A stretch of DNA of 64,000 nt from Candidatus Woesearchaeota archaeon (GCA_964547875.1 CAZJPE010000001.1:38535-102534), one strand, 5' to 3'. Positions 37,683 to 49,173 are shown, counted from the first letter of the stretch. Notes: generated by a model from the sequence alone, not told the origin. Program-made: numbers and translations.

Positions 37683-40646
37683 ATGACAGAAAGAAAATTA
37701 ATTAAATTTATTTTGTCTAGTTTTATAATAGTTGTTTTAGTATTTTCTATTCCCGGAGTTATTGCCCCCTCACATCCTGATAATATAGATTTTATAATAG
37801 AAGATGTCGATACTATTATATATTATGAATGTGGAAGTATTGATGGCGCAATTGCTTCTTCAATTTCACATGACATGGGGATTCCTTCTTTTTGTGGCGA
37901 ACATGATTTGGTTCATGAAGATTTTTTAACTGAATTTAAAGATGATGGCTTATACGCAAATGTAAATAGAGTTGTTATTCTCGGTGGCGAGGCTGTTGTT
38001 CCTAGTGAAGTTCAGCAGGTTTTAGATATACATGGAGAAGTTGTTGGAGGATATGATACTTATAGAATAGAAGGAACAACTGCAACAGGAACTGCTGTTG
38101 AAGCTATTGAATATTTTTATGGTCCAGAGATGCTACAAGAAGTTACATTAGTTGCTTATGAAGGAGATTCTAATTCTGATTACAATGAAGTTCTGCATTT
38201 AGCTGCAGAATCAGATGGAGGTATTATTATTCCTGTTCCATCTGATGCTAATGGTTTGCCTGCGGAGGTTGTTGAAACTTTAGATACAATTAACCCAGAT
38301 GAAAGTATGACTATTAATATAATAGGAGATTTTGAGCAAGAAGCAATTGTAAAAGATGACATCCAAGAAATAGGAGCTGTAGTAGAAACAGAAATAGACG
38401 GAACTAATCCTGAGGTTGTTGAAGAGCAAGTAGAAGAGTTAGTAATAGAAAATATTCAGCCTGGAGAGTCAGTTGATATAGTTTATGTTGAAGAGGGAAG
38501 CCAGCCTCCTGTTGTGCAAGATGAAATAGTTATATTTTATACAGATGAAAATAATGATGGTATAGATGACGAAAGCGGAAGCGCTTTAGACGACATTGGA
38601 GTAGGATTATATAATGAGTTAATTGAAAAAGGAGCAAGCGTAGATGATATTAAATGTACTGGCAGTCATACTTCTGTTTGGGCTGATTTTGAGGTAGAAA
38701 TAGAGGGAAGAGGAGAGTTAGTTGAGGTGGTAGAATATACAAATGCAGAAGATTTAATTGGAATTGAGCTGACTACTGATAAGGAACAGGCGGAAGAGAT
38801 TTCTAATGAATTTAAAGAAGAGGAAGATGAATGGGCAGAATTAGCAGAACAGCATAAGGCAGAATTTGGAGCAGCACTGCCTTCTATGATTGAGCAGTTT
38901 AAGGCGTATTATATTGAAATAAAAGATACATTATCTCCAGAGGCTTTGGAACTAGCTAATAAAATAATAGACGAGGGAAATAAAGGGGATTCTGTAGCGC
39001 AATGGCAATTAATGCATGCTTTTGCTAATTCTTATGAGCATGAAGAATACGTTGAGAATTGCCATACTGATGAGGCTTGCAGAAACGAACATGTAGAGAT
39101 GGAATATTTGAATACTGAAGATGCTCTTGTTGAATTTGTTGGAACTGATAGGGCTGGAGAAATTACTAATTTAGATTTTGGAACTAAGGTTAAATTATTG
39201 GGGATGGATGATTTTGTCCCTCCTACGCCTGAAGAAGAAAGTGCGTTTAAGGCAGATATAACTGAAATCTTAGCAACCGGAGCAAGCATAGAGAGTTTAC
39301 CAGCTGAATATGTTAATGAAGTTAAGGGAGAGGCTTATTCTATATATGCTGAAGAATTGAAGAGCGAATATGAGGCAGCCGGTAGGACAACTGAAGCAGC
39401 TGCTTTAACTCCTGAAGAAGTAGCGAGAATATTTGATGATAGATTAGTTGTTGAGAGTGAGGCTTATTTGTCTGGACTTGTAAGCCATGAAGATTTTGCA
39501 GACCCTGCTAAGAGGGCAGAGACTATGGCAAAGATGGAGAGTATTCATAGCGAATTTGAGAGCAAAGGCGTTACAGAAAATTATTATTTGACACCTGAAT
39601 ATTGGAAAGAGGCTTATAATAAATATACTACAGATGGGACTTTGCCAGAGAATTTTGTTAAAGAATGCGAAGCAGCTGTATCTAGTTATAGGACATGGGA
39701 AGAAGCTTATCCAGGGGTTTCTTATGATCCTCGTGACTCATTCTATAATGCAAAGACCGGACAGTTTAGTTATACAGATCATGAAAATAGGGTTGTGTCA
39801 GGAGTTTATGACGGAACTGAAGGAACTTACACATTTACTAATGAAAATGGCGAATTAGTGCAGGGAACTGATGTAGGAGAGGTGAATAAGTATACAGGCG
39901 ATTATGGAGGATGGACTTTTGATAAAAGCTCTGGCTCATGGAAAGGACCAGGCGGAGAGACATATATACCCCCATCTGTTTATAATCCTGTTACAGGAAC
40001 ATATGATTACCACCCTTCTTCAGGCGAACATAGCGATGTCGATGGTTATATTTATCAATGGGGAAGCAAGGGACTTTCTGGAGGAATTTATACTGGGCCA
40101 GGCTCGGCATGGACTGCTCCTGAAGGATGGACACAGAGTTCTGATGGAACATGGACAAGTTCTGATGGACAGACATATTCTGCAAGCACATCTTATTATA
40201 GTCATTCTGGCAGCGAAGGATTTAAGAGCAGTGGAGAGGTATGGACACAGAGTTCTGATGGAACATGGACAAGTTCTGGAGGAGCAACTTATTCTGGCTA
40301 TCACGATAGTGGATCTTATAGTTATGTTTCTCCTTCTGGCGAGAGTTATAGTGGAGGAACATATAGTGGTAGCGAAACCGGGACATATGGCCCAGCAGCA
40401 GGTACAACACAGATAGATCCCTCGGGAAATACATGGACACAGAGTTCTGATGGAACATGGACAAGTTCTACTGGGGAAACATCTAGTGTGGGAACATCTA
40501 CTGGAGGAACAACAACATCCGGGACGACAGATAGTGGAGGTGGATCTGCTCCTAGCGGTGGGGATGGTGGCGGTGGAATGACAGGACATGCAATATATGA
40601 CTCTTCGTTAACAAGAAGCTGGTTAGGTAGATGGCTTTTGGGCTAA
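37683..40646 (+). CDS. Large (987 aa) highly acidic secreted protein with C-terminal WTQSSDGTWTSS repeats
   Basis: Signal/TM start; Glu/Asp-rich; repeats near 40125-40500; terminal SWLGRWLLG. Confidence 0.6.
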   Translation: MTERKLIKFILSSFIIVVLVFSIPGVIAPSHPDNIDFIIEDVDTIIYYECGSIDGAIASSISHDMGIPSFCGEHDLVHEDFLTEFKDDGLYANVNRVVILGGEAVVPSEVQQVLDIHGEVVGGYDTYRIEGTTATGTAVEAIEYFYGPEMLQEVTLVAYEGDSNSDYNEVLHLAAESDGGIIIPVPSDANGLPAEVVETLDTINPDESMTINIIGDFEQEAIVKDDIQEIGAVVETEIDGTNPEVVEEQVEELVIENIQPGESVDIVYVEEGSQPPVVQDEIVIFYTDENNDGIDDESGSALDDIGVGLYNELIEKGASVDDIKCTGSHTSVWADFEVEIEGRGELVEVVEYTNAEDLIGIELTTDKEQAEEISNEFKEEEDEWAELAEQHKAEFGAALPSMIEQFKAYYIEIKDTLSPEALELANKIIDEGNKGDSVAQWQLMHAFANSYEHEEYVENCHTDEACRNEHVEMEYLNTEDALVEFVGTDRAGEITNLDFGTKVKLLGMDDFVPPTPEEESAFKADITEILATGASIESLPAEYVNEVKGEAYSIYAEELKSEYEAAGRTTEAAALTPEEVARIFDDRLVVESEAYLSGLVSHEDFADPAKRAETMAKMESIHSEFESKGVTENYYLTPEYWKEAYNKYTTDGTLPENFVKECEAAVSSYRTWEEAYPGVSYDPRDSFYNAKTGQFSYTDHENRVVSGVYDGTEGTYTFTNENGELVQGTDVGEVNKYTGDYGGWTFDKSSGSWKGPGGETYIPPSVYNPVTGTYDYHPSSGEHSDVDGYIYQWGSKGLSGGIYTGPGSAWTAPEGWTQSSDGTWTSSDGQTYSASTSYYSHSGSEGFKSSGEVWTQSSDGTWTSSGGATYSGYHDSGSYSYVSPSGESYSGGTYSGSETGTYGPAAGTTQIDPSGNTWTQSSDGTWTSSTGETSSVGTSTGGTTTSGTTDSGGGSAPSGGDGGGGMTGHAIYDSSLTRSWLGRWLLG
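40129..40480 (+). repeat. Three near-identical 36-nt copies (tggacacagagttctgatggaacatggacaagttct) encoding WTQSSDGTWTSS
   Basis: Copies at ~40129, ~40243 and ~40436 seen directly. Reverse-strand ORFs here (40020-40589) are spurious Cys/Ser-rich mirror frames. Confidence 0.6.
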
Positions 40647-40692
40647 GAATAAACAATTAGATGTTACAGGTCTGTTTTTAGCTATCAAATAA

Positions 40693-41079
40693 ATGGTGCA
40701 AAAATTTATAAACTATTATTTTAATCATATTCTAATTAAACAAACCAATGAAGTTTATACTGAGGAAATGACAGACTTCTATAGAATCGTTGAAGAAGCC
40801 AGAAAGACCGGCAAGATTGACAAGGGAACTAACGAGGTTACCAAAGCAATTGAGCTTGGAGTAGCAAAGGCAGTATTTTATGCGGCAGATGTTTCCCCTA
40901 AAGAGATTATTACCCATCTGCCAGCGCTATGCAAGGAAAAAGGCATTCCGTGCGTTCAAGTTGACTCTAAGCAAAAGCTTGGAATTGCTGCAGGGATTTT
41001 AGTTGGAACAGCTTCTGTTGCCATTATTAATGCAGGCTCAACAGACAAAGATATTGCGCATTTAAAGGAAAAGAAATAA
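40693..41079 (+). CDS. rpl7ae: Ribosomal protein L7Ae
   Basis: [47 protein letters not shown] matches the L7Ae/L30e core. Confidence 0.85.
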   Translation: MVQKFINYYFNHILIKQTNEVYTEEMTDFYRIVEEARKTGKIDKGTNEVTKAIELGVAKAVFYAADVSPKEIITHLPALCKEKGIPCVQVDSKQKLGIAAGILVGTASVAIINAGSTDKDIAHLKEKK

Positions 41080-41080
41080 G

Positions 41081-41347
41081 ATGGTATCTGACTTGACTAA
41101 AAAATTTGATGGAAATTCATTAGCGAGTATAGGAAATATTCTTAATGCTAAATTTAGTATCGCTGATCATAGAAAATTTCATGAACTAAGACTAAGAAAT
41201 GATAATAAAGTAATTGGCATTTTAACAGGTTGCTCTAGGACAGGTATTTCAAGAGAAAGCTTTGCTCACAGGAAAAATATTGTTGAATGTTATCTTGCTT
41301 ATGACTCTAAGGGTAATTATTTAGGAGGTTTAGAGTCATTATTTTAA
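41081..41347 (+). CDS. Hypothetical protein
   Basis: ORF only. Confidence 0.35.
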   Translation: MVSDLTKKFDGNSLASIGNILNAKFSIADHRKFHELRLRNDNKVIGILTGCSRTGISRESFAHRKNIVECYLAYDSKGNYLGGLESLF

Positions 41348-41353
41348 TTAAAA

Positions 41354-41644
41354 ATGGCAAAGCAACAAAAAGGAACTAAGGACAAAGCATCTGAAGGAAA
41401 AAGCAGCATTGAAAGATTTACCAGCGGAGAGGCTGTCAATGCTTTAGTTGAAGAATTCGTCGGAAGAACAGGAGGAAGAGGAGAAGTAACGCAAGTAAAA
41501 GTAAAAGTTCTAGATGGTAGAAATAAAGGCAAGAGCATGAGAAGGAATGTTAAAGGGCCTGTAAAAATAGGAGATTTAGTAACATTAAGAGAGACTGAAA
41601 TTGAAGCCAGAAGGATTAAGGGCATGATAGGAAGGAGCATGTAA
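41354..41644 (+). CDS. rps28e: Ribosomal protein S28e (with N-terminal extension)
   Basis: [46 protein letters not shown] matches the S28e core. Confidence 0.8.
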   Translation: MAKQQKGTKDKASEGKSSIERFTSGEAVNALVEEFVGRTGGRGEVTQVKVKVLDGRNKGKSMRRNVKGPVKIGDLVTLRETEIEARRIKGMIGRSM

Positions 41645-41645
41645 A

Positions 41646-41924
41646 ATGGCTCGAAAATCAAATAGAATGATAGAAGGATATTTTGGTTTAAGTATAGATT
41701 TAGATGATTATCTTGTAATGAGAGATGGAGGAATATATGAATATTTTAGTAAAGATAGAACAAATGGATTTACTCTTGTTACGCCTATTAAAATGGCGCC
41801 CAATTATAAAAGTGAAATGGAATACCTAAGAAAGTTATTTACACAACGCGCATTAATATTGAGAGAATTTGTTGATTATGAAAATAAAATAGAAGGATTT
41901 TCGTGGAGGATGCGAGAGAGATAA
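41646..41924 (+). CDS. Hypothetical protein within the L7Ae-S28e-L24e block
   Basis: ORF only. Confidence 0.4.
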   Translation: MARKSNRMIEGYFGLSIDLDDYLVMRDGGIYEYFSKDRTNGFTLVTPIKMAPNYKSEMEYLRKLFTQRALILREFVDYENKIEGFSWRMRER

Positions 41925-41925
41925 A

Positions 41926-42105
41926 ATGGTGAAATGCGTGTTTTGCGGGAAAGACGAGTATGCTTTTAAGGGGCTTCATTTAATCAGGAATGACGGCACA
42001 ATTAATTATTTTTGCTCAAGCAAATGCAGATTAAACGCTTTGAAATTAAAGCGGGACAAGCTTAAGGTCAAGTGGACAGCTGCTTTTAGAGAGAAGAAAC
42101 GATAG
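41926..42105 (+). CDS. rpl24e: Ribosomal protein L24e (59 aa; below the ORF-track size cutoff)
   Basis: MVKCVFCGKDEYAFKGLHLIRNDGTINYFCSSKCRLNALKLKRDKLKVKWTAAFRE zinc ribbon, typical L24e. Confidence 0.8.
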   Translation: MVKCVFCGKDEYAFKGLHLIRNDGTINYFCSSKCRLNALKLKRDKLKVKWTAAFREKKR

Positions 42106-42252
42106 AGAGTTACATAGATTAGACGATATTTTATTAATAATTATTGACTTGCCAATAGTTTTTATTTGATTAGGCATTAATCTTAGAAACTAGGAAACTT
42201 TAAGAGTAAAGTAAGGTAAACTTCGTTTATCGACGATAAAACTGGGTAAAGG

Positions 42253-42260
42253 TTTATAAA
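42253..42260 (+). promoter_or_regulatory. Putative TATA box upstream of gyrB
   Basis: TTTATAAA ~34 nt upstream of ATG 42294. Confidence 0.3.
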
Positions 42261-42293
42261 TGGGATTGAATTTTTGATTTATCAAAGATAAAA

Positions 42294-44183
42294 ATGACAG
42301 ACAAAAAAGATTATTCTGCAGAGAAGATTCAAGTATTAGAGGGGCTTGAAGCAGTTCGCAAACGTCCTGCTATGTATATAGGCAGCACTGGCAAGAGTGG
42401 ATTGCATCACCTAGTTTACGAAGTTGTTGATAATTCTGTTGACGAGGCAATGGTTGGATATTGTACAGAGATTGAAGTTATCTTGAATAAAGACGGAAGC
42501 GTGACTGTTATTGATAATGGTAGAGGCATTCCAGTTGATGTACATCCCATTTATAAAAGGCCTGCTTTAGAAATTGTCGTGACTAAATTACATGCTGGCG
42601 GGAAGTTTGACAAAGGAGTATATAGTGTATCAGGAGGCTTGCATGGAGTTGGAATAAGCGTAGTTGCTGCTTTATCCAAGCACATGGAAGTTATTGTAAA
42701 AAGAGGGGGCAAGAAATACAAGCAAGAATATAAAATCGGAAAGCCATTATATGACGTAAAAGTTGTTGGAGAGTCTTCAAAAGACGAGAGAGGGACAGAG
42801 GTTAGTTTTCTTCCTGATGATAGCATTTTTTCTGTTAGCAAATTTGATTTTTCTGTCTTAGAGACAAGATTTAGAGAGATTGCCTTTTTGAATAAAGGAT
42901 TGAAAATAATTTTGAAGGATGAAGCAACTGAAAAAAAAGAGGTATTTTGCTATGAAGGAGGCATTGTAGAATTTGTCAAATGGCTTAACAAGTCAAAGGA
43001 GTCTTTGCATAAAGCTATTTATTATTTAAAAGAAGACAGCGGAGTTATAGTTGAGTGCACTGTTCAGTACAATTCTGGCTATCAAGAGAATGTTTTGGGA
43101 TTTGTAAACACAATTAACACAGTAGAGGGGGGAACTCATATTATTGGCTTTAAGACTGCTTTGACAAGAGCGATTAATGATTATGCAAATAAGAATAAAT
43201 TGCTTAAGGATGGAAATTTAACTGGAGATGATGTCCGCGAGGGATTGACTGCTATTATTTCTACTAAAGTTCCAGAGCCGCAATTTGAGGGGCAGACAAA
43301 GACTAAATTAGGGAATAGCGAAATTAAAGGAATTGTTGATAAGATAAGCATGGCGGCTTTATCTGAATTTTTTGAGGAAAATCCTCCTATTGCAAGAAGG
43401 ATTGTTAATAAAGCATTAGAGGCGCAGAAAGCAAGAGATGCTGCGAAAAAAGCTAAAGAGCTAGTTAGGAGAAAGAGCGCATTTGGAGGGGGAGGTTTGC
43501 CTGGCAAATTAGCTGATTGCTCTGATAAAAAAGCTGAGAATACAGAATTATTTATTGTTGAGGGAGATAGCGCAGGAGGTTCGGGGAAACAGGCAAGAAA
43601 TAAAGAAAATCAAGCTATACTGCCTTTGAAAGGAAAGATATTAAATGTGGAGAAAGCAAACGCTGTGAAAGTATTGAGCAATGAAGAAATTTCTTCATTG
43701 ATTACTGCAATCGGGACAAGCATGGGCGAGCAGTTTGACATAACAAAATTAAGATATTCAAAAATAATTATTATGACTGATGCTGATGTTGACGGGGCGC
43801 ATATTAGGACTTTGTTGTTGACTTTTTTCTACAGATTTGTGCCTGACTTGGTTAAGAATGGAAATATCTACATTGCTGTCTCGCCTTTGTATAGAGTGAG
43901 AAAGAGAGGAGACCATTATATTTATTCTGACGAAGAGCTTAAGGAGATTAAGCAGAAGCTAGGGCATAATATTGACGTGCAGAGGTTTAAGGGACTTGGT
44001 GAGATGAATCCCCAGCAATTATGGGAGACAACTATGAATCCCAGAACAAGATTGCTGAAAAAAGTAACTGTTGAAGACGCTGCGCTGGCAGACGAGGTAT
44101 TTTCAAGATTAATGGGCGATGATGTTGAAGCGCGCAGGCAGTTTATTGCTTCTCGCGCGCATGAAGCAGAGGTGGATATTTGA
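42294..44183 (+). CDS. gyrB: DNA gyrase subunit B
   Basis: GLHHLVYEVVDNSVDEA (GHKL ATPase), EGDSAGG, PLKGKILNVEKA, KGLGEM (TOPRIM); 629 aa. Confidence 0.9.
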   Translation: MTDKKDYSAEKIQVLEGLEAVRKRPAMYIGSTGKSGLHHLVYEVVDNSVDEAMVGYCTEIEVILNKDGSVTVIDNGRGIPVDVHPIYKRPALEIVVTKLHAGGKFDKGVYSVSGGLHGVGISVVAALSKHMEVIVKRGGKKYKQEYKIGKPLYDVKVVGESSKDERGTEVSFLPDDSIFSVSKFDFSVLETRFREIAFLNKGLKIILKDEATEKKEVFCYEGGIVEFVKWLNKSKESLHKAIYYLKEDSGVIVECTVQYNSGYQENVLGFVNTINTVEGGTHIIGFKTALTRAINDYANKNKLLKDGNLTGDDVREGLTAIISTKVPEPQFEGQTKTKLGNSEIKGIVDKISMAALSEFFEENPPIARRIVNKALEAQKARDAAKKAKELVRRKSAFGGGGLPGKLADCSDKKAENTELFIVEGDSAGGSGKQARNKENQAILPLKGKILNVEKANAVKVLSNEEISSLITAIGTSMGEQFDITKLRYSKIIIMTDADVDGAHIRTLLLTFFYRFVPDLVKNGNIYIAVSPLYRVRKRGDHYIYSDEELKEIKQKLGHNIDVQRFKGLGEMNPQQLWETTMNPRTRLLKKVTVEDAALADEVFSRLMGDDVEARRQFIASRAHEAEVDI

Positions 44184-44749
44184 CTATGAAATGTGAAAAT
44201 ATGGACGAAAGAGAGATTAGAGATAGAGTGAAGGATGCAGTAGATTATCTAGCTCCAAATTTCGATTTAAAGAAAAGTAGCATAACTACTCTTGATGTTT
44301 TAATAATGTCTCTTCCTAGACATAATTATGCCACTTTTAATGATCTAGCGCACATTCTTTGTTTTGATCTTGAGCAATTTTTATATGATACCTCTCAAAC
44401 AGATTGTCAAAATGATATATTAAATCTTATATGTGGGGAAGAAGCAGCGCATTATTTAGATTTAAATAGCTCGGGAGATATTTATAAAGTTATTTTACTT
44501 GAGTCTTGTAAAACAGCCAGATTTGTTTCAGAAACAATTGGGCATTATGGGGGACTAATTTATTCTAATAAGGATATTAATTCTTGTTTTTTCGGTTTAG
44601 ACGCTAGAGCCCCAGGAGTTATAGGAGAGGCTTATAAATCTGCAGATAAAATTTTTGAGACTTATAGAGCAGAAAGGTTTAGAGATATTGTTCAAATAAA
44701 TAATTTAATTAAACGATATGAAAAAATTGGAGAGCTAATGGGAAAATAA
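44180..44749 (+). CDS. Hypothetical protein between gyrB and gyrA (overlaps both ends)
   Basis: 189 aa, no recognisable motif. Start overlaps the gyrB stop (ATGA); its stop is 1 nt before the gyrA ATG. Confidence 0.45.
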   Translation: MTMKCENMDEREIRDRVKDAVDYLAPNFDLKKSSITTLDVLIMSLPRHNYATFNDLAHILCFDLEQFLYDTSQTDCQNDILNLICGEEAAHYLDLNSSGDIYKVILLESCKTARFVSETIGHYGGLIYSNKDINSCFFGLDARAPGVIGEAYKSADKIFETYRAERFRDIVQINNLIKRYEKIGELMGK

Positions 44750-44750
44750 A

Positions 44751-47700
44751 ATGACAGAAGAAAATAACGAAAAGAAAATTGACGAAGCGATTGAGGAAAA
44801 GGAAAGAGAGAGAAGGAAGAAGGACATGATTGAGAATGGCGTTCAGGGAACTGAAATAGTTGAGGAGATGGAAAAATCTTACATTGATTATGCGATGTCT
44901 GTGATTGTGCAAAGGGCGCTGCCTTCTGTTGAAGATGGCTTGAAACCAGTGCATAGAAGAATTTTGTATTCAATGGAGCAGCTTGGGCTTGATGCTTCAA
45001 AGCCTACAAAAAAATCTGCTACTATTGTAGGAGATGTTATTGGAAAATATCATCCTCATGGAGACATTGCTGTTTATGATGCGCTTGTTAGATTAGCGCA
45101 GGATTTTTCTTTGCGCTATCCTCTTGTGCATGGGCAAGGAAATTTTGGCTGCTTCACAGCAGATACAAAAGTTAAACTTGCTGATGGCAGAGATTTATCT
45201 TTTATTGAGTTGATTGAAGAAAACAATAATGGGAAAAGGAATTTCACATTTACAATAGATAATGGCATTGTTAAAATAGCAGAAGTAAAAAATCCTAGAA
45301 TGACTAAAAAAAATGCAGAGATTATGAAAGTTTTTCTTGATAATGGTCAGGAAATCAAATGTACATTAAATCATTTATTTATGTTAAAGGATGGAAGCTA
45401 TAAAGAAGCAAGAAATCTAAAATCTGGGGACTCGTTGATGCCTCTTTATACGAAACTATCTACTGAAACTGACAGCCTAAAGAATCCAAAAACCATTGGC
45501 TATTCGATGATATTTCAGCCAAAATTAAAATCTTGGAATTTTATTCATATATTGGCTGATGAGTGGAATTTAGATAATAAAATATATGCAGTAAATTCTG
45601 GCAGAATAAGACATCACATTGATTTTAATAAGTTAAATAATAATCCTATAAATATCAAAAGAATGCATTGGAAAGAGCATTGGCAGACACATTACAATTT
45701 AACTTCTTCAAGACATAAAAATGATTTAGATTATAGAAAGAAATTGGAAGAGGGAAGGAGAAGGTTTTGGAGCGACGCTAAAAATCGAGAAGTTTATTCT
45801 CAAAGAATGACTGAAAGAAATTTAGAGAATTGGAAAAAAAGCAGTTATAGAGAAGAAAAACGCATTCAACTTAGTGAAATTAATAAAAAATATTTTAAAG
45901 AGAATCCAGAAGCTATAGAAATAATAAGAAAAAGAGCTTCTATAACTATGAAAAAAATGTGGGAAATTCCAAGATATAAAGAACTTTTTCATGAAAAAAT
46001 TGTCGCTTCTAATAAAAATAGAAAATCAAATCTAACTGGAAAAAAGAAATTTTTAAAGATATGTAATTATTTGCTGACTAAGAATTTACCATTAACAAAA
46101 GAAAATTTTGAAAATATTAGACAAAATATTTTTGGAATAAAAAGCTTTACCAGTTGGAATCATGGAATTAAAAAACATTTTAATGGAGATAAAAATTTAA
46201 TTTTAAATGAATTAAATGGGAATCATAAGGTTGTAGATATAGAATTTATCAATCAACATACTAGCGTTTACGATCTAACAATTGATGATACGCATAATTT
46301 TGCCCTTTCGGCAGGGATTTTTGTGCATAATTCATTAGACGGAGATTCAGCTGCAGCCTATAGATATACAGAAGCACGATTGAGTAAAATCTCTCAAGAG
46401 CTTTTGGCAGACATTGACAAAGAAACTGTCAAGATGAATCCGAATTTTGATAATTCTACAAAAGAACCAGAGACATTGCCTGCTAAACTGCCTAATCTCT
46501 TACTAAATGGGGCGACTGGAATAGCAGTCGGCATGGCTACTAACATACCTCCGCATAATTTGATAGAGTTGTGCGATGCTATTATTGCGTATATTGACAA
46601 TTCAGATGTCAGTATAGATGAACTTTTGCAGATTGTTAGAGGACCTGATTTTCCAACTGGAGGACATGCAATGGGGCCTGGAATTTTAGAGATGTACAAA
46701 ACAGGAAAAGGAAGGATAGTCATGAGAGCTAGAACCTCAATAGAGGAGAAAAAGGGAAGAGAAAACATAATTGTTACAGAGATTCCTTATATGGTTAACA
46801 AGGCAGAGCTGGTTAAGGATATTGCGAGGCTTGCAAGCGAGAAGAGATTGTCTGACATTTCTGACATATGGGATGAATCTGCAAAGGGAAAGATAAGAAT
46901 TGTTATCGAATTGAAGAAAGGCGTTGATTCAAAATATACGATAAACAGATTATACAAATTGACTAATATGCAGACTAATTTTGACGCTAATGTTTTAGCC
47001 TTGGTTGGCAAACAGCCGAGAGTGCTGAATTTGAGGGATGTTATTGTTGAGTATGTTAAATACAGAAGAATGATTGTTACTAATAGAAGTAAGTTTGAAT
47101 TGAAGAAAGCAGAAGATAGATTAGAAATTGTTCTCGGATTATTGATAGCCTTAAAGAATATAGATAGCATTGTTGAGCTTATAAAAAAGAGCAAGACAGT
47201 CAGCGAAGCGCATGAAGGGCTTATGAAGAAATTTGATTTTAGCGACAGACAGGCAAGGGCTGTTTTAGAGACGAAATTGCAGCAGCTTACTTCATTAGAG
47301 CACACAAAATTAAAGGAAGAGGAGCAGAAGCTGAAAGAGACAATAGAATATCTGAAAAATGTTTTGGGCTCTGACAAAGAGATTTTGAAAATTATCAAGA
47401 AAGAGGTTAATGAGCTGAAGAAGGAATATGGAGATGAGAGGAGGACTAAGATCGTGAGAAAGATTGATGAAATTTCTGAAGGCGACTTGATTGAGAAAAA
47501 AGACGTTGTTGTTATGCTGACAAATTCTGGATATATCAAGAGAGTTGATCTTAAGACTTATAAAGAGCAGAAAAGAGGAGGGGCAGGCGTTATGGGTACG
47601 GGATTAAAGGATGATGATTTTGTGAGAAAGATGATTAGCTGTTCAACTCATGATTATTTGCTGTTCTTTACAAAAAGAGGCAGAGTTTACTGGCTTAAGG

Positions 47701-48464
47701 CGCATGACGCTCCTGCTGCAGAAAGACAGGGTAAAGGAAGAAGCATTGCAAACTTACTGAATTTAAGAGAGGAGGCAATTGCCAATGTTATGGCTATTAC
47801 TAACTTTGAATCTGGGTATTTAATGTTTGCTACAAAATTAGGAATTGTGAAGAGGCTGCCTTTAAAGGATGTTTCTAATCCCAGAAGCACGGGAGTTAGA
47901 ATAATGAATCTGCCTGCTGACGGGAGTGACGAGATAATTAATGTCAGCAGAGTAGAGGATGGGCAGGAAGTATTGATTATCACAAAGAAAGGACAGGCTA
48001 TTAGATTTAATTCCAATGATGTTAGGGCTATGGGTAGAGCGAGTTATGGAGTCAAAGGAATTGATTTAGCAAAGAATGATTTAGTTGTTTCTTTAATGGC
48101 TGTTCCTAAAGATGGAAAGACAACTGTTCTAACACTAACGGAAAAGGGATTTGGGAAGAGGTCTGATATTGTGGAATATAGAAAAACTGCGAGAGCTGGA
48201 AAGGGCGTTATTAATTTAAAGACAAATGACAAGACAGGAAGCGTTATTGCATCTGTAGCTGTGAATGACAAAGATTCTGTTATTATTACTACAACAAAAG
48301 GCAATATTATAAGAATTCCAATGAAGGACTTGAGGGTTATGGGGCGAGCAACTCAGGGAGTGAGAGCTGTAAAGCTCAAGGAAGGAGATAAGGTTGCCGA
48401 TGTTGTTCGAGTCCCTGTAATGATTGAAGACTCTCGTTTTGCTGATATGTTTAGTAATCTTTAA
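44751..48464 (+). CDS. gyrA: DNA gyrase subunit A interrupted by an in-frame intein (extein ~843 aa)
   Basis: [23 protein letters not shown], catalytic Tyr in [32 protein letters not shown]-terminal beta-pinwheel repeats. A 394-aa insertion sits between GQGNFG and SLDGDS. Confidence 0.9.
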   Translation: MTEENNEKKIDEAIEEKERERRKKDMIENGVQGTEIVEEMEKSYIDYAMSVIVQRALPSVEDGLKPVHRRILYSMEQLGLDASKPTKKSATIVGDVIGKYHPHGDIAVYDALVRLAQDFSLRYPLVHGQGNFGCFTADTKVKLADGRDLSFIELIEENNNGKRNFTFTIDNGIVKIAEVKNPRMTKKNAEIMKVFLDNGQEIKCTLNHLFMLKDGSYKEARNLKSGDSLMPLYTKLSTETDSLKNPKTIGYSMIFQPKLKSWNFIHILADEWNLDNKIYAVNSGRIRHHIDFNKLNNNPINIKRMHWKEHWQTHYNLTSSRHKNDLDYRKKLEEGRRRFWSDAKNREVYSQRMTERNLENWKKSSYREEKRIQLSEINKKYFKENPEAIEIIRKRASITMKKMWEIPRYKELFHEKIVASNKNRKSNLTGKKKFLKICNYLLTKNLPLTKENFENIRQNIFGIKSFTSWNHGIKKHFNGDKNLILNELNGNHKVVDIEFINQHTSVYDLTIDDTHNFALSAGIFVHNSLDGDSAAAYRYTEARLSKISQELLADIDKETVKMNPNFDNSTKEPETLPAKLPNLLLNGATGIAVGMATNIPPHNLIELCDAIIAYIDNSDVSIDELLQIVRGPDFPTGGHAMGPGILEMYKTGKGRIVMRARTSIEEKKGRENIIVTEIPYMVNKAELVKDIARLASEKRLSDISDIWDESAKGKIRIVIELKKGVDSKYTINRLYKLTNMQTNFDANVLALVGKQPRVLNLRDVIVEYVKYRRMIVTNRSKFELKKAEDRLEIVLGLLIALKNIDSIVELIKKSKTVSEAHEGLMKKFDFSDRQARAVLETKLQQLTSLEHTKLKEEEQKLKETIEYLKNVLGSDKEILKIIKKEVNELKKEYGDERRTKIVRKIDEISEGDLIEKKDVVVMLTNSGYIKRVDLKTYKEQKRGGAGVMGTGLKDDDFVRKMISCSTHDYLLFFTKRGRVYWLKAHDAPAAERQGKGRSIANLLNLREEAIANVMAITNFESGYLMFATKLGIVKRLPLKDVSNPRSTGVRIMNLPADGSDEIINVSRVEDGQEVLIITKKGQAIRFNSNDVRAMGRASYGVKGIDLAKNDLVVSLMAVPKDGKTTVLTLTEKGFGKRSDIVEYRKTARAGKGVINLKTNDKTGSVIASVAVNDKDSVIITTTKGNIIRIPMKDLRVMGRATQGVRAVKLKEGDKVADVVRVPVMIEDSRFADMFSNL
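45150..46331 (+). mobile_element. Intein (394 aa) with HNH-type homing endonuclease inside gyrA
   Basis: Starts with Cys ([13 protein letters not shown], block A); block [13 protein letters not shown]-like [24 protein letters not shown]; blocks [24 protein letters not shown] followed by Ser+1. Confidence 0.85.
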
Positions 48465-48786
48465 TAATATTTTTATATGCGGATTTTGTAGCAGAAAGAT
48501 GGATAATGATAAGGAATTAAGACTTTTAAGAAGAGCGAGAGAAGTTAAGGAGTCCTTAAATAGATTTGGTAGGAGATGCGATGACGCTGAGAAGATATTG
48601 GAATTGGGTAGGACTAGAGAAGGATTAGATAGGCTTTCTGAATTATCAGAAAGGGATAGAGATTATTCAATTAGATATAATCATTATGTTTATCATTGCA
48701 CTTATCCAGAGGGTTCAGAGAAGGATGCTGTTGAGTACGCGGAAAAATCTGTTGAGAATTTATTAAAAATAAAGAATAAAGAATAA
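48424..48786 (+). CDS. Hypothetical protein (the track start is a TTG overlapping the gyrA end; a later ATG at [10 protein letters not shown] is possible)
   Basis: ORF only; the N-terminal hydrophobic stretch exists only with the TTG start. Confidence 0.35.
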   Translation: MKTLVLLICLVIFNNIFICGFCSRKMDNDKELRLLRRAREVKESLNRFGRRCDDAEKILELGRTREGLDRLSELSERDRDYSIRYNHYVYHCTYPEGSEKDAVEYAEKSVENLLKIKNKE

Positions 48787-48789
48787 AAT

Positions 48790-49173
48790 TTAGTGCTTTG
48801 ATACTGCCCATTTTCCAGGACCGCTTAAAGCAATTGTTATCAAGCCTGCTATTCCTATCAGATGAAAAAATGAGTTGCTTGAAGTAATTCCTCCATTCGG
48901 AACAACTACGAGAATCCACGCTACTGCTAGAATTATGGCCAATGGCCATGTTGTATATTTAGTTTTATAGCCTATAAGGATTAATGCGCCGAAAACAGTC
49001 TCCGAAAGGATTAAAAGCCATCCGAAGAAAGAAGGCAATGGAAAGCCTAATCCTCCAAGCATGCCAATCACTTGATCAGGGCCCATGAACTTTTTTATTC
49101 CTGCTATCAGGAATAAAAGGCCTATAACAACTCTTAACAGAGTATGGCCAAGTATGTGTTTGTCTGATGTCAT
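48790..49173 (-). CDS. DoxX-family membrane protein
   Basis: LLRVVIGLLFLIAGIKKF and four TM helices typical of DoxX. Confidence 0.6.
   Translation of the reverse strand: MTSDKHILGHTLLRVVIGLLFLIAGIKKFMGPDQVIGMLGGLGFPLPSFFGWLLILSETVFGALILIGYKTKYTTWPLAIILAVAWILVVVPNGGITSSNSFFHLIGIAGLITIALSGPGKWAVSKH

Noticed and set aside
39904-40589. 170-aa plus-strand and 189-aa/80-aa/66-aa minus-strand ORFs overlapping the 3' end of the 987-aa acidic protein
   Set aside because: They are alternative-frame or antisense readings of the WTQSSDGTWTSS nucleotide repeats (Cys/Ser/Arg-rich mirror frames). The sense frame carries the coherent repeat protein.
46394-48304. Four antisense ORFs inside gyrA (46394-46768, 46787-47539, 47687-48016, 48044-48304)
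   Set aside because: The gyrA sense frame is unambiguous across this region.
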